A DNA stretch of 64,000 bases from an uncultured virus (IMG/VR IMGVR_UViG_3300044844_000310) (IMGVR_UViG_3300044844_000310), one strand, 5' to 3'. Positions 1 to 9,302 are shown, counted from the stretch's first letter. Numbers and translations are program-made. The notes: generated by a model not told the origin, from the letters alone.

Positions 1-5
1 AACAC

Positions 6-188
6 ATGACTGAGCTTGATATCTTAGAAAAAGACTTAACTGCAGCACTCACATTGCGTGAAGACGCCCTTGTTAAAGGGTCTGTTGGGTCTTGGGAAGA
101 GTTCAAGTACATGACCGGCGTAGTCGCAGGTCTAAAAGGCGCGCTGGAAGCGGTTAAAACCGCGCAGAAACGTCACGAAGAACTGTAA
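6..188 (+). CDS. hypothetical phage protein upstream of GroES
   Basis: 60-aa ORF in the head-module orientation; start close to window edge. Confidence 0.6.
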   Translation: MTELDILEKDLTAALTLREDALVKGSVGSWEEFKYMTGVVAGLKGALEAVKTAQKRHEEL

Positions 189-267
189 AAAAGCCCTTAA
201 AAACCCTCGGCTACTGGGCGTCGAGGGTTCGCATACTGCGAAAATATGCCCTGCTTATGGAGTATTT

Positions 268-657
268 ATGTCCGCTACAGCGATTGATGCTGAAAAAACC
301 CAAGAAACCGCTGCGAATCTTGCAGATCGTTTGCCAGTACCCGCAGGGTACAAGATGTTGATCATCAAACCTGAAATTGAGGAAAAGTCAGAAGGCGGCA
401 TTGTTTATGCCAACGAGACTCGAAAGAAGGAAGAGCAAGGAGCCGTTGTAGGTCTTGTTCTTAGGCAAGGTTCCATGTGCTACACAGACGAAACCAAATT
501 CCCTACAGGCCCTTGGTGCAAAGAAGGTGACTTCGTTCTCCTTCGCGCGTACTCAGGTTCGCGTTTTTCCGTAGATGGTAAGGAATTCATCATCGTCAAC
601 GACGACATGATTGAAGGCACTGTCGAAGATCCTCGTGGCATTGGCCGCGCTTACTAA
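268..657 (+). CDS. groES: co-chaperonin GroES (Cpn10)-like protein
   Basis: P-x-G-x-K-MLIIKP, mobile loop EEKSEGGIV, GD-x-V...YSG...DGKEFIIVNDD; GGAG RBS. Confidence 0.9.
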   Translation: MSATAIDAEKTQETAANLADRLPVPAGYKMLIIKPEIEEKSEGGIVYANETRKKEEQGAVVGLVLRQGSMCYTDETKFPTGPWCKEGDFVLLRAYSGSRFSVDGKEFIIVNDDMIEGTVEDPRGIGRAY

Positions 658-667
658 CAGGTGATTT

Positions 668-1642
668 ATGGCAGAAGTAAATTATAAAGATGATGAGTTC
701 GCCAACGACGAAGAAGTCTTTGTAGTTGGGTCTAACAAAGATAAACCGAAAGACGATATTGAGATTGAGGTTGTAGACGATACTCCTGAGCCGGACAGAG
801 ACCGAGCTCCGCTAAAAGCGGAAAAGCAGGAAGATGAAGGACAGGAAGAGGAGCTTGATAAGTACTCCGAGTCTGTTCAGAAACGGATGAACCAGCTTAC
901 GCATCGGTATCACGACGAGCGTAGAGCACGCGAAGCAATTGAACGGCAGAACCAAGAAGCCATTCAACTTGCACAGGCTATTCTGGCCGAGAACGAGCGC
1001 CTACAGAAGGCGTATCAGGAAGGGAGCCAAGACTATATCAAACAGGTGCAGTACAAGATCGAGTACGCACAAAAGCTGGCTGATGATAAATTCAGAAAAG
1101 CATACGAGGCAGGTGATACCGAAGGGTTGCTCGAAGCGCAAAAGATAAGAGATGAGGTTGCGTTAGAGCGGGCGCGCCTTGAAAATGCTAATTTCGCATT
1201 ACCTCAGCAAAACGCTTTACAGACTGAACGACAGCCTGTATATAATCAACCAACTGTAGAGCCACAGCGCCCACAGGCACCCCAGCGCGACGAGAAGGCG
1301 GAGGATTGGGCCGCTAAAAACCCGTGGTTCGGTGCTGATGAGGAAATGACCTCACTCGCTTATGGCCTGCACTCAAAGTTAGTTAAAACTGGAATCGATC
1401 CTACTTCCGATGAGTATTACGCAACCATCGACAAGCGGATGCGCGATGTCTTCCCAGACTACTTTGGAAAGCCTAAAGAAAAGCCAAAGGCTTCGTCACC
1501 CGTGGCCCCAGCAGGGCGTACAACTGCAGGGAAAAAAATGACGCTTACCGCTACTCAAGTAGCGCTCGCAAAGAAACTCGGCGTGTCCTTGGAACAATAT
1601 GCCAAGCACGTTGCAAAATTACAGGAGCAGGCAAATGGCTAA
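668..1642 (+). CDS. putative capsid scaffolding protein
   Basis: Acidic coiled-coil protein with WAAKNPWFG and C-terminal LT-x-TQVALAKKLG-x-SLEQYAK; lies upstream of the capsid gene. Confidence 0.7.
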   Translation: MAEVNYKDDEFANDEEVFVVGSNKDKPKDDIEIEVVDDTPEPDRDRAPLKAEKQEDEGQEEELDKYSESVQKRMNQLTHRYHDERRAREAIERQNQEAIQLAQAILAENERLQKAYQEGSQDYIKQVQYKIEYAQKLADDKFRKAYEAGDTEGLLEAQKIRDEVALERARLENANFALPQQNALQTERQPVYNQPTVEPQRPQAPQRDEKAEDWAAKNPWFGADEEMTSLAYGLHSKLVKTGIDPTSDEYYATIDKRMRDVFPDYFGKPKEKPKASSPVAPAGRTTAGKKMTLTATQVALAKKLGVSLEQYAKHVAKLQEQANG

Positions 1643-2099
1643 TGTACAGATCGATAGAACTCGTCGTACTGAGGAAACCCGTGAGACGGAAGTCCGTCAG
1701 GCTTCTTGGAAGCCCGCTCACGATCTCCCTGTTCCAGAACCGATTGATGGTTATGGTTTCCGTTGGATTCGCGTAGCTATGATGGGTACGCCCGATCCCG
1801 CAAATATGGCGCGAGCTAGGCGCGAGGGTTGGGTTCCATGTAAGGCGTCGGATCATCCTGAAATCAGCTCGGATTTTGCCGCATTTGGATTGGCTCCGAC
1901 TTCTGATCTTATTGAGATCGGTGGTCTGGTCCTTTGCAAGGCGCCAAGAGAACTGTTGAATCAGCGAGATGCGTACTACGCGGATATGACCCAGAAACAG
2001 ACGCAGTCAGTTGATAACAACTTTATGCGTGATAATGATCCCCGGATGCCCCTTTTCCGTGAAGGGAAGTCCAAAGTGTCTTTTGGTAGCGGTTCCTAA
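1635..2099 (+). CDS. conserved head-module protein
   Basis: ATG 1635 after AGGAG, overlapping the scaffold stop; GYGFRWIR...REGW...IGGLVLCK pattern typical of this phage group. Confidence 0.7.
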   Translation: MANVQIDRTRRTEETRETEVRQASWKPAHDLPVPEPIDGYGFRWIRVAMMGTPDPANMARARREGWVPCKASDHPEISSDFAAFGLAPTSDLIEIGGLVLCKAPRELLNQRDAYYADMTQKQTQSVDNNFMRDNDPRMPLFREGKSKVSFGSGS

Positions 2100-2135
2100 G
2101 AAATTAGGGGCCGTCGTTAACTTTTAGGAGTTTAT

Positions 2136-2849
2136 ATGGCATATCCTGCTGGCCTCGGCCCCTACGGTTTCGCACCGTATAATTTGGAGGGTGGTCGTGT
2201 GTTCGCTGGTGCTACTCGGAAACTTCCGATTGCATCTGGCTACGCACAGAACATTGGTTATGGGGATCTCGTGATCCTTCAGGCTGATGGCACCATCGCC
2301 CGTCTCGATACTTCAACTGGCGCAAAGGCGGCTTTCGCCACCCCGGTTATCGGTATCTTCCTCGGCTGCAGCTTTACTCAGGCTTCTGGTCTGCGTTATC
2401 CGCTGTGGTCACAGTCTTGGACCGCGAGCACCACTGCTTCTGATGCGTATGCAGTTATCTGTGACGATCCGAACGCTCTGTTCAAGGTTCTCGTAACCAA
2501 TGGCTCTGGTGTTGCTTACACCGCTAGTGGCGCTACCGCCGCTGACGTTGGCGCAAACCTTGGCTATTATCAGGCGGGCGGCACTAGCGGCACCGCTCTG
2601 GTTAACACCGCAACTGGCAACAGTGTTATCTCTGCTAACCTCGCTTCTAAGGCGACGACGGCTACCCTGCCGTTCCGCGTTGTTGATGTGGTGACGCTGA
2701 CCGCACTGACTGACGGTACTTTCCAAGAAATCGTTGTTGCTTACACGCCGCCTTCAATGGCTGTAACTCAGGCTACGACTTCTCCGTACACCGTCTCTGC
2801 TGTAACCGTTACTGGTGGCCATGCCTACCGTAACCCTGTTGGTGTATAA
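2136..2849 (+). CDS. putative capsid decoration/cement protein
   Basis: A/T/G-rich beta-type protein immediately before the MCP; AGGAG RBS. Confidence 0.6.
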   Translation: MAYPAGLGPYGFAPYNLEGGRVFAGATRKLPIASGYAQNIGYGDLVILQADGTIARLDTSTGAKAAFATPVIGIFLGCSFTQASGLRYPLWSQSWTASTTASDAYAVICDDPNALFKVLVTNGSGVAYTASGATAADVGANLGYYQAGGTSGTALVNTATGNSVISANLASKATTATLPFRVVDVVTLTALTDGTFQEIVVAYTPPSMAVTQATTSPYTVSAVTVTGGHAYRNPVGV

Positions 2850-2862
2850 GGAGTAAAGTCAC

Positions 2863-3774
2863 ATGGCTGCTATTTCACGCGCGCAATTACTTAAAGAGCT
2901 GCTCCCCGGCCTGAACGCCCTGTTCGGTCTGGAATATGAGCGGTATGGTGAGGAATACAAGGAGCTCTTCGAAATCGAAAGCTCTGAGCGTTCCTTTGAA
3001 GAAGAACAGAAGCTCTCCGGTTTCGGTGCAGCTCCTGTCAAGAACGAAGGTAGCGCCATCGCGTATGACGCTGCTCAGGAAGCATGGTCTACCCGCTATA
3101 CCCATGAAACCATCGCTCTCGGTTTCTCCCTCACTGAGGAAGCAATCGAAGATAACCTGTATGACTCACTGTCTGCTCGTTATACCAAGGCGCTGGCTCG
3201 TGCTATGGCGTACACCAAGGAAGTCAAGGGCGCAAATGTCCTGAACAACGGTTTCAACTCTAGCTACCCCGGTGGCGACGGTCAGCCTTTGTTCTCTGCA
3301 TCTCACCCGCTGACCTACGGTGGAACCATCTCCAACATTCCGTCTACCCCGGCGGATCTGAACGAAACCTCACTTGAAAATGCGGTTATCCAGATCTCTC
3401 TGTGGACCGACGAACGTGGCCTGCTCATCGCAGCTAAGCCGAAGAAGCTGATCATCCCGTCTGCCCTGCAGTTCGTGGCGACCCGCATCCTCGAAACTGA
3501 GCTCCGCGTTGGCACCACCGACAACGACATCAATGCTCTGAAGAACAATGGTTCTATCCCCGGCGGTTACACTGTTAACCACTGGCTGACTGACACCAAT
3601 GCTTGGTTCCTCAGCACTGATGTACCGAACGGCCTCAAGCATTTCGTCCGTACCCCGCTGTCTACTTCGATGGACGCCGATTTTGACACGGGTAACGCTC
3701 GTTATAAGGCTCGCGAACGATACGCGTTTGGCTTTTCGGACCCGCTCGGCATGTTTGGTTCGCAGGGCACTTAA
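2863..3774 (+). CDS. major capsid protein (Mu gpT-like, HK97 fold)
   Basis: MAAISRAQLLKELLPGLNALFG N-terminus, GDGQPLFSASHP, PKKLIIP, YKARERYAFG; biased codons; followed by a terminator. Confidence 0.9.
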   Translation: MAAISRAQLLKELLPGLNALFGLEYERYGEEYKELFEIESSERSFEEEQKLSGFGAAPVKNEGSAIAYDAAQEAWSTRYTHETIALGFSLTEEAIEDNLYDSLSARYTKALARAMAYTKEVKGANVLNNGFNSSYPGGDGQPLFSASHPLTYGGTISNIPSTPADLNETSLENAVIQISLWTDERGLLIAAKPKKLIIPSALQFVATRILETELRVGTTDNDINALKNNGSIPGGYTVNHWLTDTNAWFLSTDVPNGLKHFVRTPLSTSMDADFDTGNARYKARERYAFGFSDPLGMFGSQGT

Positions 3775-3800
3775 GGGTTGGGAGTTTCCTAGCCGAGACG

Positions 3801-3826
3801 AGGGGCCGAAAGGCCCCTTTTCTTTT
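3801..3826 (+). terminator. intrinsic terminator after capsid gene
   Basis: AGGGGCC-GAAA-GGCCCCT followed by TTTCTTTT. Confidence 0.85.
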
Positions 3827-3829
3827 GTC

Positions 3830-3857
3830 TTGACACGGGTAATTTTGGTTGTATACT
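3830..3857 (+). promoter_or_regulatory. sigma70-like promoter for the HNH gene
   Basis: TTGACA-N16-TATACT. Confidence 0.6.
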
Positions 3858-3886
3858 GAACTCGTTATTTTGAAACGGGTAATTAT

Positions 3887-4477
3887 ATGAGCAACATTCC
3901 TAAGACTCGCGCGGAAGCAAAAGCTGTAGGCGCTAAACATTACTTCACTGGAAAGCCATGCAAGCATGGGCATATTGCCCTACGGGAAACCAAAGGAGCC
4001 TGCGTGGAATGCCGCAGGTTGGAGCATCAAGCCAGCTACGCTGATCGCAAAGAGTACTTTGCTGAGTACAATCGCTCCGAGAAAGGCACGGCGAATAAAC
4101 GCAAATATTACGAAGACAACAAAGAGGTGGTCATCGCTAAAGCCATGGCCCGTCCCTCTGAAGCTAAACGCAAGTACACAAAGACTTGGGAAGAGAAATA
4201 TCCAGAAAAGAAACGCGCGTTAACGAACGCTAGACGTAGGCGTTACAAACAAGCTACGCCAAAATGGCTCACCAAAGAACAGAAAGCTGAAATCCGCCAG
4301 TTCTACACAGAGGCGCAACGGCTCATAAAAGAAACGGGCCGACGCTTCGAAGTAGATCATATAGAGCCAATCCAAGGGGAAGACGTATGCGGGCTTAATG
4401 TGCCGTGGAACCTGCAAATTTTGCTGAAAGAAGAGAATCTGAAGAAGTCCAACAAACGAGTTGACACCCCCAGTTAA
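3887..4477 (+). CDS. HNH homing endonuclease
   Basis: N-terminal YFTGKPCKHGH...CVEC Zn motif; C-terminal VDHIEP...GLNVPWNLQIL...EN-x-KKSN. Confidence 0.9.
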   Translation: MSNIPKTRAEAKAVGAKHYFTGKPCKHGHIALRETKGACVECRRLEHQASYADRKEYFAEYNRSEKGTANKRKYYEDNKEVVIAKAMARPSEAKRKYTKTWEEKYPEKKRALTNARRRRYKQATPKWLTKEQKAEIRQFYTEAQRLIKETGRRFEVDHIEPIQGEDVCGLNVPWNLQILLKEENLKKSNKRVDTPS

Positions 4478-4489
4478 ACAGCCTATAAG
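4461..4489 (+). promoter_or_regulatory. sigma70-like promoter overlapping the HNH 3' end
   Basis: TTGACA-N17-TATAAG. Confidence 0.6.
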
Positions 4490-4498
4490 GAACCTAAA

Positions 4499-4570
4499 TC
4501 TAGGGATTTTCTAATTGCCTGATCGACTGCCCTAGCAGACTCGCACACGACGACAGGCGCAAGTGCATAG
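4499..4570 (+). ncRNA. candidate pseudoknotted RNA, possibly Mu-gpT-DE motif
   Basis: CTAGGG(4500-05)/CCCTAG(4530-35); loop GCCTG-A-TCG pairs with downstream CGA-CAGGC(4551-58); GCAC/GTGC next to the RBS; located downstream of a gpT-like gene. Confidence 0.55.
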
Positions 4571-4579
4571 GTGAATACT

Positions 4580-5038
4580 ATGGGTTGGTCCTCACTCTCA
4601 GGCCCGCTTCGTTCGGGTACGGTTAAAGACACCACCGGAACCACGGTTGGTACTATTTCAAACATGGGCTGCGCAGTTCTTTCTCAGACCGCAGCTCTGG
4701 GTCTCGCGACTTCTTATCCTTTTGTTCTTCCGGCTGGCGCGCAGATTCTCAATTTCAACATTGACGTAACCACTACGTTTACTACTGGCGCTACGCTGGC
4801 TGTAGGTGACAGCACGACTGCTGATGCTTTCGTTACTGCAATTACGACGCCTGCCGCAGGACGCCAGTCCATCACTTTGACCGCAGCGCAGCTTACTGCG
4901 ATGAACAACGTCGGCACTGTTGATGAGCAGATTAAGGTCACGATGGCAGGCACCACGGCTGTTGCTGGTGCAGGGTTCATCACTGTGGTCTATGTCCAGC
5001 ACGCTTCAAATGGCGCAACCGCTCCAGTCTCCGCTTAA
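4580..5038 (+). CDS. putative virion structural protein
   Basis: ATG 4580 after AGGTGA; T/A-rich beta protein, S-x-LSGPLRSGT N-terminus. Confidence 0.65.
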   Translation: MGWSSLSGPLRSGTVKDTTGTTVGTISNMGCAVLSQTAALGLATSYPFVLPAGAQILNFNIDVTTTFTTGATLAVGDSTTADAFVTAITTPAAGRQSITLTAAQLTAMNNVGTVDEQIKVTMAGTTAVAGAGFITVVYVQHASNGATAPVSA

Positions 5039-5051
5039 TCGGAGGACTGCA

Positions 5052-5285
5052 ATGGATTTGCAATACATCGTTGACGGTGTAATCGCTCTCGTAGGGGCGC
5101 TGTTTGGTTGGCTTTTCAAGATTGTCTGGGATGCAATTCGCGAACTCAAAGACGACTTGAAAGACACCAATAAAGTGATCCATGAGCAGTACGTCCGCAA
5201 GGACGACTACCGGGCTGAAATGTCCAAGATTGAAAACATGTTCAATCGCATCATGGATAAGCTCGACGGTAAGGTAGACAAATGA
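5052..5285 (+). CDS. small membrane/coiled-coil protein (holin- or XhlA-like)
   Basis: GGAGG RBS, N-terminal TM helix, YVRKDDY...KLDGKVDK. Confidence 0.6.
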   Translation: MDLQYIVDGVIALVGALFGWLFKIVWDAIRELKDDLKDTNKVIHEQYVRKDDYRAEMSKIENMFNRIMDKLDGKVDK

Positions 5286-5287
5286 CA

Positions 5288-5551
5288 ATGGCATCGCGGG
5301 GAGTATCCCCCATCCAAGAAAAGGCTAGAGGTAGCAAAATGAAAGCTAAGAATGTTTCTATGAAGAAGACCAAGGTTTCTGTTAAGAAGCCCCTTGACTC
5401 AATGTCTGTTGGCGCCGCTATGGCTCCTATGGATAAGGCGGCTGGACTTCGTCCGGGCATGAAGAAGGGTGGCTCTTGTAAGGGCTACGCTAAGGGCGGT
5501 TCAATCGACGGTGTTGCCATGAAGGGCAAGACCAAAGGGAAGATCTGCTGA
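5288..5551 (+). CDS. small basic protein with KKGG/AKGG motifs
   Basis: K-rich; MKKGG, YAKGG, C-terminal DGVA-x-KGKTKGK. Confidence 0.65.
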   Translation: MASRGVSPIQEKARGSKMKAKNVSMKKTKVSVKKPLDSMSVGAAMAPMDKAAGLRPGMKKGGSCKGYAKGGSIDGVAMKGKTKGKIC

Positions 5552-5552
5552 T

Positions 5553-5963
5553 ATGGCTGGGGGTAGCCAAGGCGCAGGAGGTTCGCAGGCTGGGCAGTTA
5601 CAGCAGCTTCTGCAACAATATCAGGGTCAACCAATGAATCCCGGTAACTACGCTTCCCCCAATCAAAACTTCATGCAGTATCCGCAGCAAGGACAGCCGA
5701 ATCAACCTCAGTCTCCTTTAGGGATGACACCGCCTATGGCGCCTACCACTGGTGGTCCTGATAGCGGAGCGGGTTACGCTCCGGTTAACACGGGGTTTGA
5801 TGGTAGCGGCAGCGACGCTGGGGTTGGCGGTCAACCGGCTCCGATGCAGAGTCCTCTGCAGCAGGGTAACAAGCCTCTCGGGCTTGCGCAGTTTCAACAG
5901 CCGCAAGGGCTCCAGATTCAGGGCAACCCCACTTCACAAGTAGTTCAGAGGCCCCTGCGATGA
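5553..5963 (+). CDS. Q/P/G-rich low-complexity protein
   Basis: Tightly packed ORF in operon. Confidence 0.55.
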   Translation: MAGGSQGAGGSQAGQLQQLLQQYQGQPMNPGNYASPNQNFMQYPQQGQPNQPQSPLGMTPPMAPTTGGPDSGAGYAPVNTGFDGSGSDAGVGGQPAPMQSPLQQGNKPLGLAQFQQPQGLQIQGNPTSQVVQRPLR

Positions 5964-6115
5964 AAGAAGTATGGGACAAACCCCGACCGAAAGGTCTCGC
6001 AAAGCCTAAGAAGTTGAGTTCAGCGAAGAAGACCGCAGCCAAGGCAGCGGCCAAGAAGGCAGGACGCCCATACCCGAATCTCGTCGATAACATGCGTGCA
6101 GCGAGGAAGAAGTAA
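5960..6115 (+). CDS. small basic protein, 51 aa (not in ORF track)
   Basis: Hand-translated MKEVWDKPRPK...AGRPYPNLVDNMRAARKK; ATGA and TAATG overlaps with neighbours. Confidence 0.7.
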   Translation: MKEVWDKPRPKGLAKPKKLSSAKKTAAKAAAKKAGRPYPNLVDNMRAARKK

Positions 6116-6375
6116 TGGCTAAGTCACCCGCATGGCAGCGTTCTGAAGGCAAAAATCCCAAGGGCGGTTTGAATGCCAAGGGTCGCGCTTCTGCCAAGAA
6201 GCAAGGCATGAACCTGAAGCCTCCGGCCCCGAAGCCTAAGACCAAGGCAGACGCAGGGAGGAGAGCCTCATTCTGCGCACGGATGTCTGGGATGAAAAAG
6301 AAACTCACGAGCAGCAAGACTGCGAATGACCCGAATAGTCGTATTAACAAAAGCCTACGGGCTTGGAATTGCTGA
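6115..6375 (+). CDS. DUF6321-like basic phage protein
   Basis: AWQRSEGKNPKGGLNAKGRAS...SFCARM...SLRAWNC. Confidence 0.75.
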   Translation: MAKSPAWQRSEGKNPKGGLNAKGRASAKKQGMNLKPPAPKPKTKADAGRRASFCARMSGMKKKLTSSKTANDPNSRINKSLRAWNC

Positions 6376-6385
6376 GGAATAAATT

Positions 6386-7174
6386 ATGACTGGAAGCGTT
6401 GTCTCCTCCATCACTCGAACAGGTAAATTTGAACCCTTCGAGCTTCAGGTTGCGCGTGGTCAGATCACGATGCACTCCTCAATTATTATTTTTGGGTACA
6501 ACCCAGACGTAGATACCGCTGAAGAATCTGTTTGGCCTGATGGCGGGACGGTTCCACACCCAACGGCGGCGTCGGTACTCAAAATTAGTTCATCAGATGC
6601 AAACGATACCTCTGCAGGTACGGGAGCAAGGACGGTAACGATTGTCGGCCTTGATGGCGACTACAACCAGATCAGCGAAACGGTCACTCTAGCTGGACAG
6701 ACTGCGGTAAACACGACCAACAGCTACCTCTATGTCAATCAGTTCTATGTAACTTCTGTGGGTTCTGGTGGCGCTAATGCGGGTAATATCAATGCGGGCA
6801 CAGGAACTGTCACCTTGGGCGTTCCGGCAGTTCTGTATGACATGATTGCTGCGGGGTACAACAACCGCACTACGGGCCACTACTGCGTCCCAGCAGGGTA
6901 CACAGGCTATATGATGCAGGGGTTGTTTTCTGCAGGACAAGCGTCTGGGTCTACCGCGGTTACTGGGTTTTTAAAGCAGCACGGGCCTGATGGCATTCTT
7001 CGCGTCGGTGCTGTAACAACGGTAAACAACAGCGCGGCGGATTTTATCTTTGAGCTCCCCTATGTACTCCCAGAAAAAAATTGTGTTGGAGCCGTGGCAA
7101 TAGGGGCCGCATCAAACAATGCAGTTAGTTCGTACTTTAATATCTTGCTGATCAAGAATGACGGACAGGCGTAA
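6386..7174 (+). CDS. putative virion structural protein
   Basis: FELQVARG, FGYNPDV, SSDANDTSAGTGARTV; beta-rich. Confidence 0.6.
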   Translation: MTGSVVSSITRTGKFEPFELQVARGQITMHSSIIIFGYNPDVDTAEESVWPDGGTVPHPTAASVLKISSSDANDTSAGTGARTVTIVGLDGDYNQISETVTLAGQTAVNTTNSYLYVNQFYVTSVGSGGANAGNINAGTGTVTLGVPAVLYDMIAAGYNNRTTGHYCVPAGYTGYMMQGLFSAGQASGSTAVTGFLKQHGPDGILRVGAVTTVNNSAADFIFELPYVLPEKNCVGAVAIGAASNNAVSSYFNILLIKNDGQA

Positions 7175-7878
7175 TGAGCACCTCCGGCACCACCCTGTTT
7201 AACCCCGATCTCTCCGAAACTATCGAAGAGGCGTATGAACGCTGCGGCATTGAAGTTCGCACGGGTTATCAGGCGCGTACAGCGCGGCGGAGCCTTAATT
7301 ACCTAATCAGTGAACTGGCTAACCAAGGGTTAAACCTTTGGACGTATGAAGAAGCGGACATTCCGCTTATCCAAGGACAGTACATTTACGATCTTCCCGC
7401 GGATTGCGTAGACCTTGTTGATCAAGTGATTCGACAGAATCCGGGTAGCCAATACAATCAGACCGATTTGGTTATCCCACGTATAGCCCTGCCGACTTAT
7501 GATGCGATTCCTAACAAGCTAGCACAAGGACGCCCCGTACAGGTATGGGTCAATCGTCAGACGCCTACCCCGAAAATTTACTTGTGGCAGGTTCCTAACC
7601 AGTCCGGATATAGCTTCCATTATTGGTACTTGCGCCGAGTGCAGGATGCAGGACAGTCTGGCGTGACTACGCAGGATATACCTTTCCGTTTCTATGAAGC
7701 GTTTACCGCAGGACTTTCCTATCATTTGGCGAGAAAGCAGCCTGAGATTGATCAGTTTAGGCTTCAGATGCTGAAAGCGTCTTATGATGAAGCGCTACAG
7801 TTGGCGAAAGATGAGGATCGTGAAAAGGCTCCGTTGCGCATAGTGCCTATGGCTGGATACCTTGGGGGAGGGTGGTAA
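7174..7878 (+). CDS. head-tail adaptor / tail tubular-like protein
   Basis: TSGT...IEEAYERCG...TARRSLN...GRP; synteny. Confidence 0.7.
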   Translation: MSTSGTTLFNPDLSETIEEAYERCGIEVRTGYQARTARRSLNYLISELANQGLNLWTYEEADIPLIQGQYIYDLPADCVDLVDQVIRQNPGSQYNQTDLVIPRIALPTYDAIPNKLAQGRPVQVWVNRQTPTPKIYLWQVPNQSGYSFHYWYLRRVQDAGQSGVTTQDIPFRFYEAFTAGLSYHLARKQPEIDQFRLQMLKASYDEALQLAKDEDREKAPLRIVPMAGYLGGGW

Positions 7879-8261
7879 TGGCTACACGGTTCGCTAGCTA
7901 TAAGCGAGCCTTCGGCTTCTGTGACCGCTGCGCGCAGAGATACGATCTCAAGAAGCTCAAGAAGTTTTACATCATGGGTAAGCTGATCAATGAGAAGGTC
8001 TGCCCTGAATGCTGGGACCCTGACCATCCTCAGAACTGGGTCGGTATCATTGGTTCGCAGAAGGTTTCAAATGACCCGCAGGCTTTACGTGAGCCTCGTC
8101 CTGACACGAACAGAAATGAAAGCTGTAGTGATTTCGCGTACAATCCTGTAGCAACGCAGGTCGCCAATTTTTATCTGAACAACGTGTTCATCACGGAGTT
8201 CACTTCCGTAGCCCCCGGCGTGGTGATTGTTCCGCCGGTAGTCCCCCCGGCCATTTTGTGA
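7878..8261 (+). CDS. Zn-ribbon phage protein
   Basis: CDRC...CPEC-WDPDHPQ...DPQALREPRPD. Confidence 0.65.
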   Translation: MATRFASYKRAFGFCDRCAQRYDLKKLKKFYIMGKLINEKVCPECWDPDHPQNWVGIIGSQKVSNDPQALREPRPDTNRNESCSDFAYNPVATQVANFYLNNVFITEFTSVAPGVVIVPPVVPPAIL

Positions 8262-8268
8262 GGCACGT

Positions 8269-8463
8269 ATGAAACACGAAGACATTAAAGCAGACAAGAA
8301 GATGGTGAAGAAGGCGGTAGGTATGCACGACAAGCAGCTTCACGGCGGTAAGAAGACTGATCTGAAAGGTCTGAAGAAAGGCGGTAAGACCAGCCTCGAC
8401 ATGAAAAAGTACGGTCGCGGTATGGCTAAGGTTATGAACCAGAAGTCTGGTCGGGGGCGTTAA
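8269..8463 (+). CDS. small basic protein
   Basis: K-rich, HDKQLH, LKKGG; GAGG RBS. Confidence 0.65.
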   Translation: MKHEDIKADKKMVKKAVGMHDKQLHGGKKTDLKGLKKGGKTSLDMKKYGRGMAKVMNQKSGRGR

Positions 8464-8624
8464 TGGCTAAGATCGAAAACAAACCTGCTTCGGCGTACTA
8501 CAAGCAAGGGCTTATTCCTAATTCCTCTGGGTACCCAAACAATATCGCATCGACGCAAACTGTCAAGGTCCGTGGTACGGGTGCGCAGACCAAGGGCGAC
8601 AAATGTTCTAAGAAGCTAGGTTAA
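8463..8624 (+). CDS. small basic protein, 53 aa (not in ORF track)
   Basis: Hand-translated MAKIENKP...KVRGTGAQTKG...; TAATG overlap. Confidence 0.6.
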   Translation: MAKIENKPASAYYKQGLIPNSSGYPNNIASTQTVKVRGTGAQTKGDKCSKKLG

Positions 8625-8627
8625 AAT

Positions 8628-9302
8628 ATGGCTTGGACTTACGCGACGTTGTCGGCAGCGATTCAGCAGTACACGGAAAACACCGAAAGTACGTTTGTCG
8701 CTAACATTCCGAATTTTGTAATTGACGCTGAGACTGTGATCAACAACTCAGTGCAGTTGCCTGCGTTCCGTAAGAATGTGACGGGTGAAACGACTCAGGA
8801 CTTCCCGTATCTCAACATTCCTAGTGACTTTCTGTCGGCTTTTTCGATGGCGGTATCGCCTATCACGACGAATCAGGACGGGACCTACACGCTGATCGGG
8901 CCTTACGCCTATCTGCTGAACAAGGATGTGAACTACATCCGCGAGATGTTTCCTTTTCCGGGTTCTCCGACAGCCGCTCCGCAGTACTATGCGCTGTTCT
9001 CTGATACGTCCTTTATTCTTGGGCCTACGCCCGACGCCTGTTATGGCGTAGAGCTGCATTATTTTGCCTATCCTCCGTCGATCACTGTGGCGGGTACAAG
9101 CTGGGTGGGCACGAACTTCCCGAACGTGCTGTTGTATGGGTCGCTTTATTTTGCTTACGGTTATATGAAGGGTGAGCCTGATTTGATTCAGTTATATAAG
9201 CAGACCTTTGACGAAGGTCTTGCGCTGATGAAGAACCTTGGCGATGCTCGCGACAAAACGGATGGCTATAGGGCTCCACAGGCTAGATATCAGGTTAAAT
9301 GA
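8628..9302 (+). CDS. head-tail adaptor / tail tubular protein
   Basis: Y-x-x-L...IQ-x-YTEN, P-x-DFL, GPTPD-x-x-Y-x-VELHY, LLYGSL. Confidence 0.7.
   Translation: MAWTYATLSAAIQQYTENTESTFVANIPNFVIDAETVINNSVQLPAFRKNVTGETTQDFPYLNIPSDFLSAFSMAVSPITTNQDGTYTLIGPYAYLLNKDVNYIREMFPFPGSPTAAPQYYALFSDTSFILGPTPDACYGVELHYFAYPPSITVAGTSWVGTNFPNVLLYGSLYFAYGYMKGEPDLIQLYKQTFDEGLALMKNLGDARDKTDGYRAPQARYQVK

Noticed and set aside
1216..1246. Internal promoter TTTACA...TATAAT in the scaffold gene
   Set aside because: 19-nt spacer and inside coding sequence; too weak to call without TSS data
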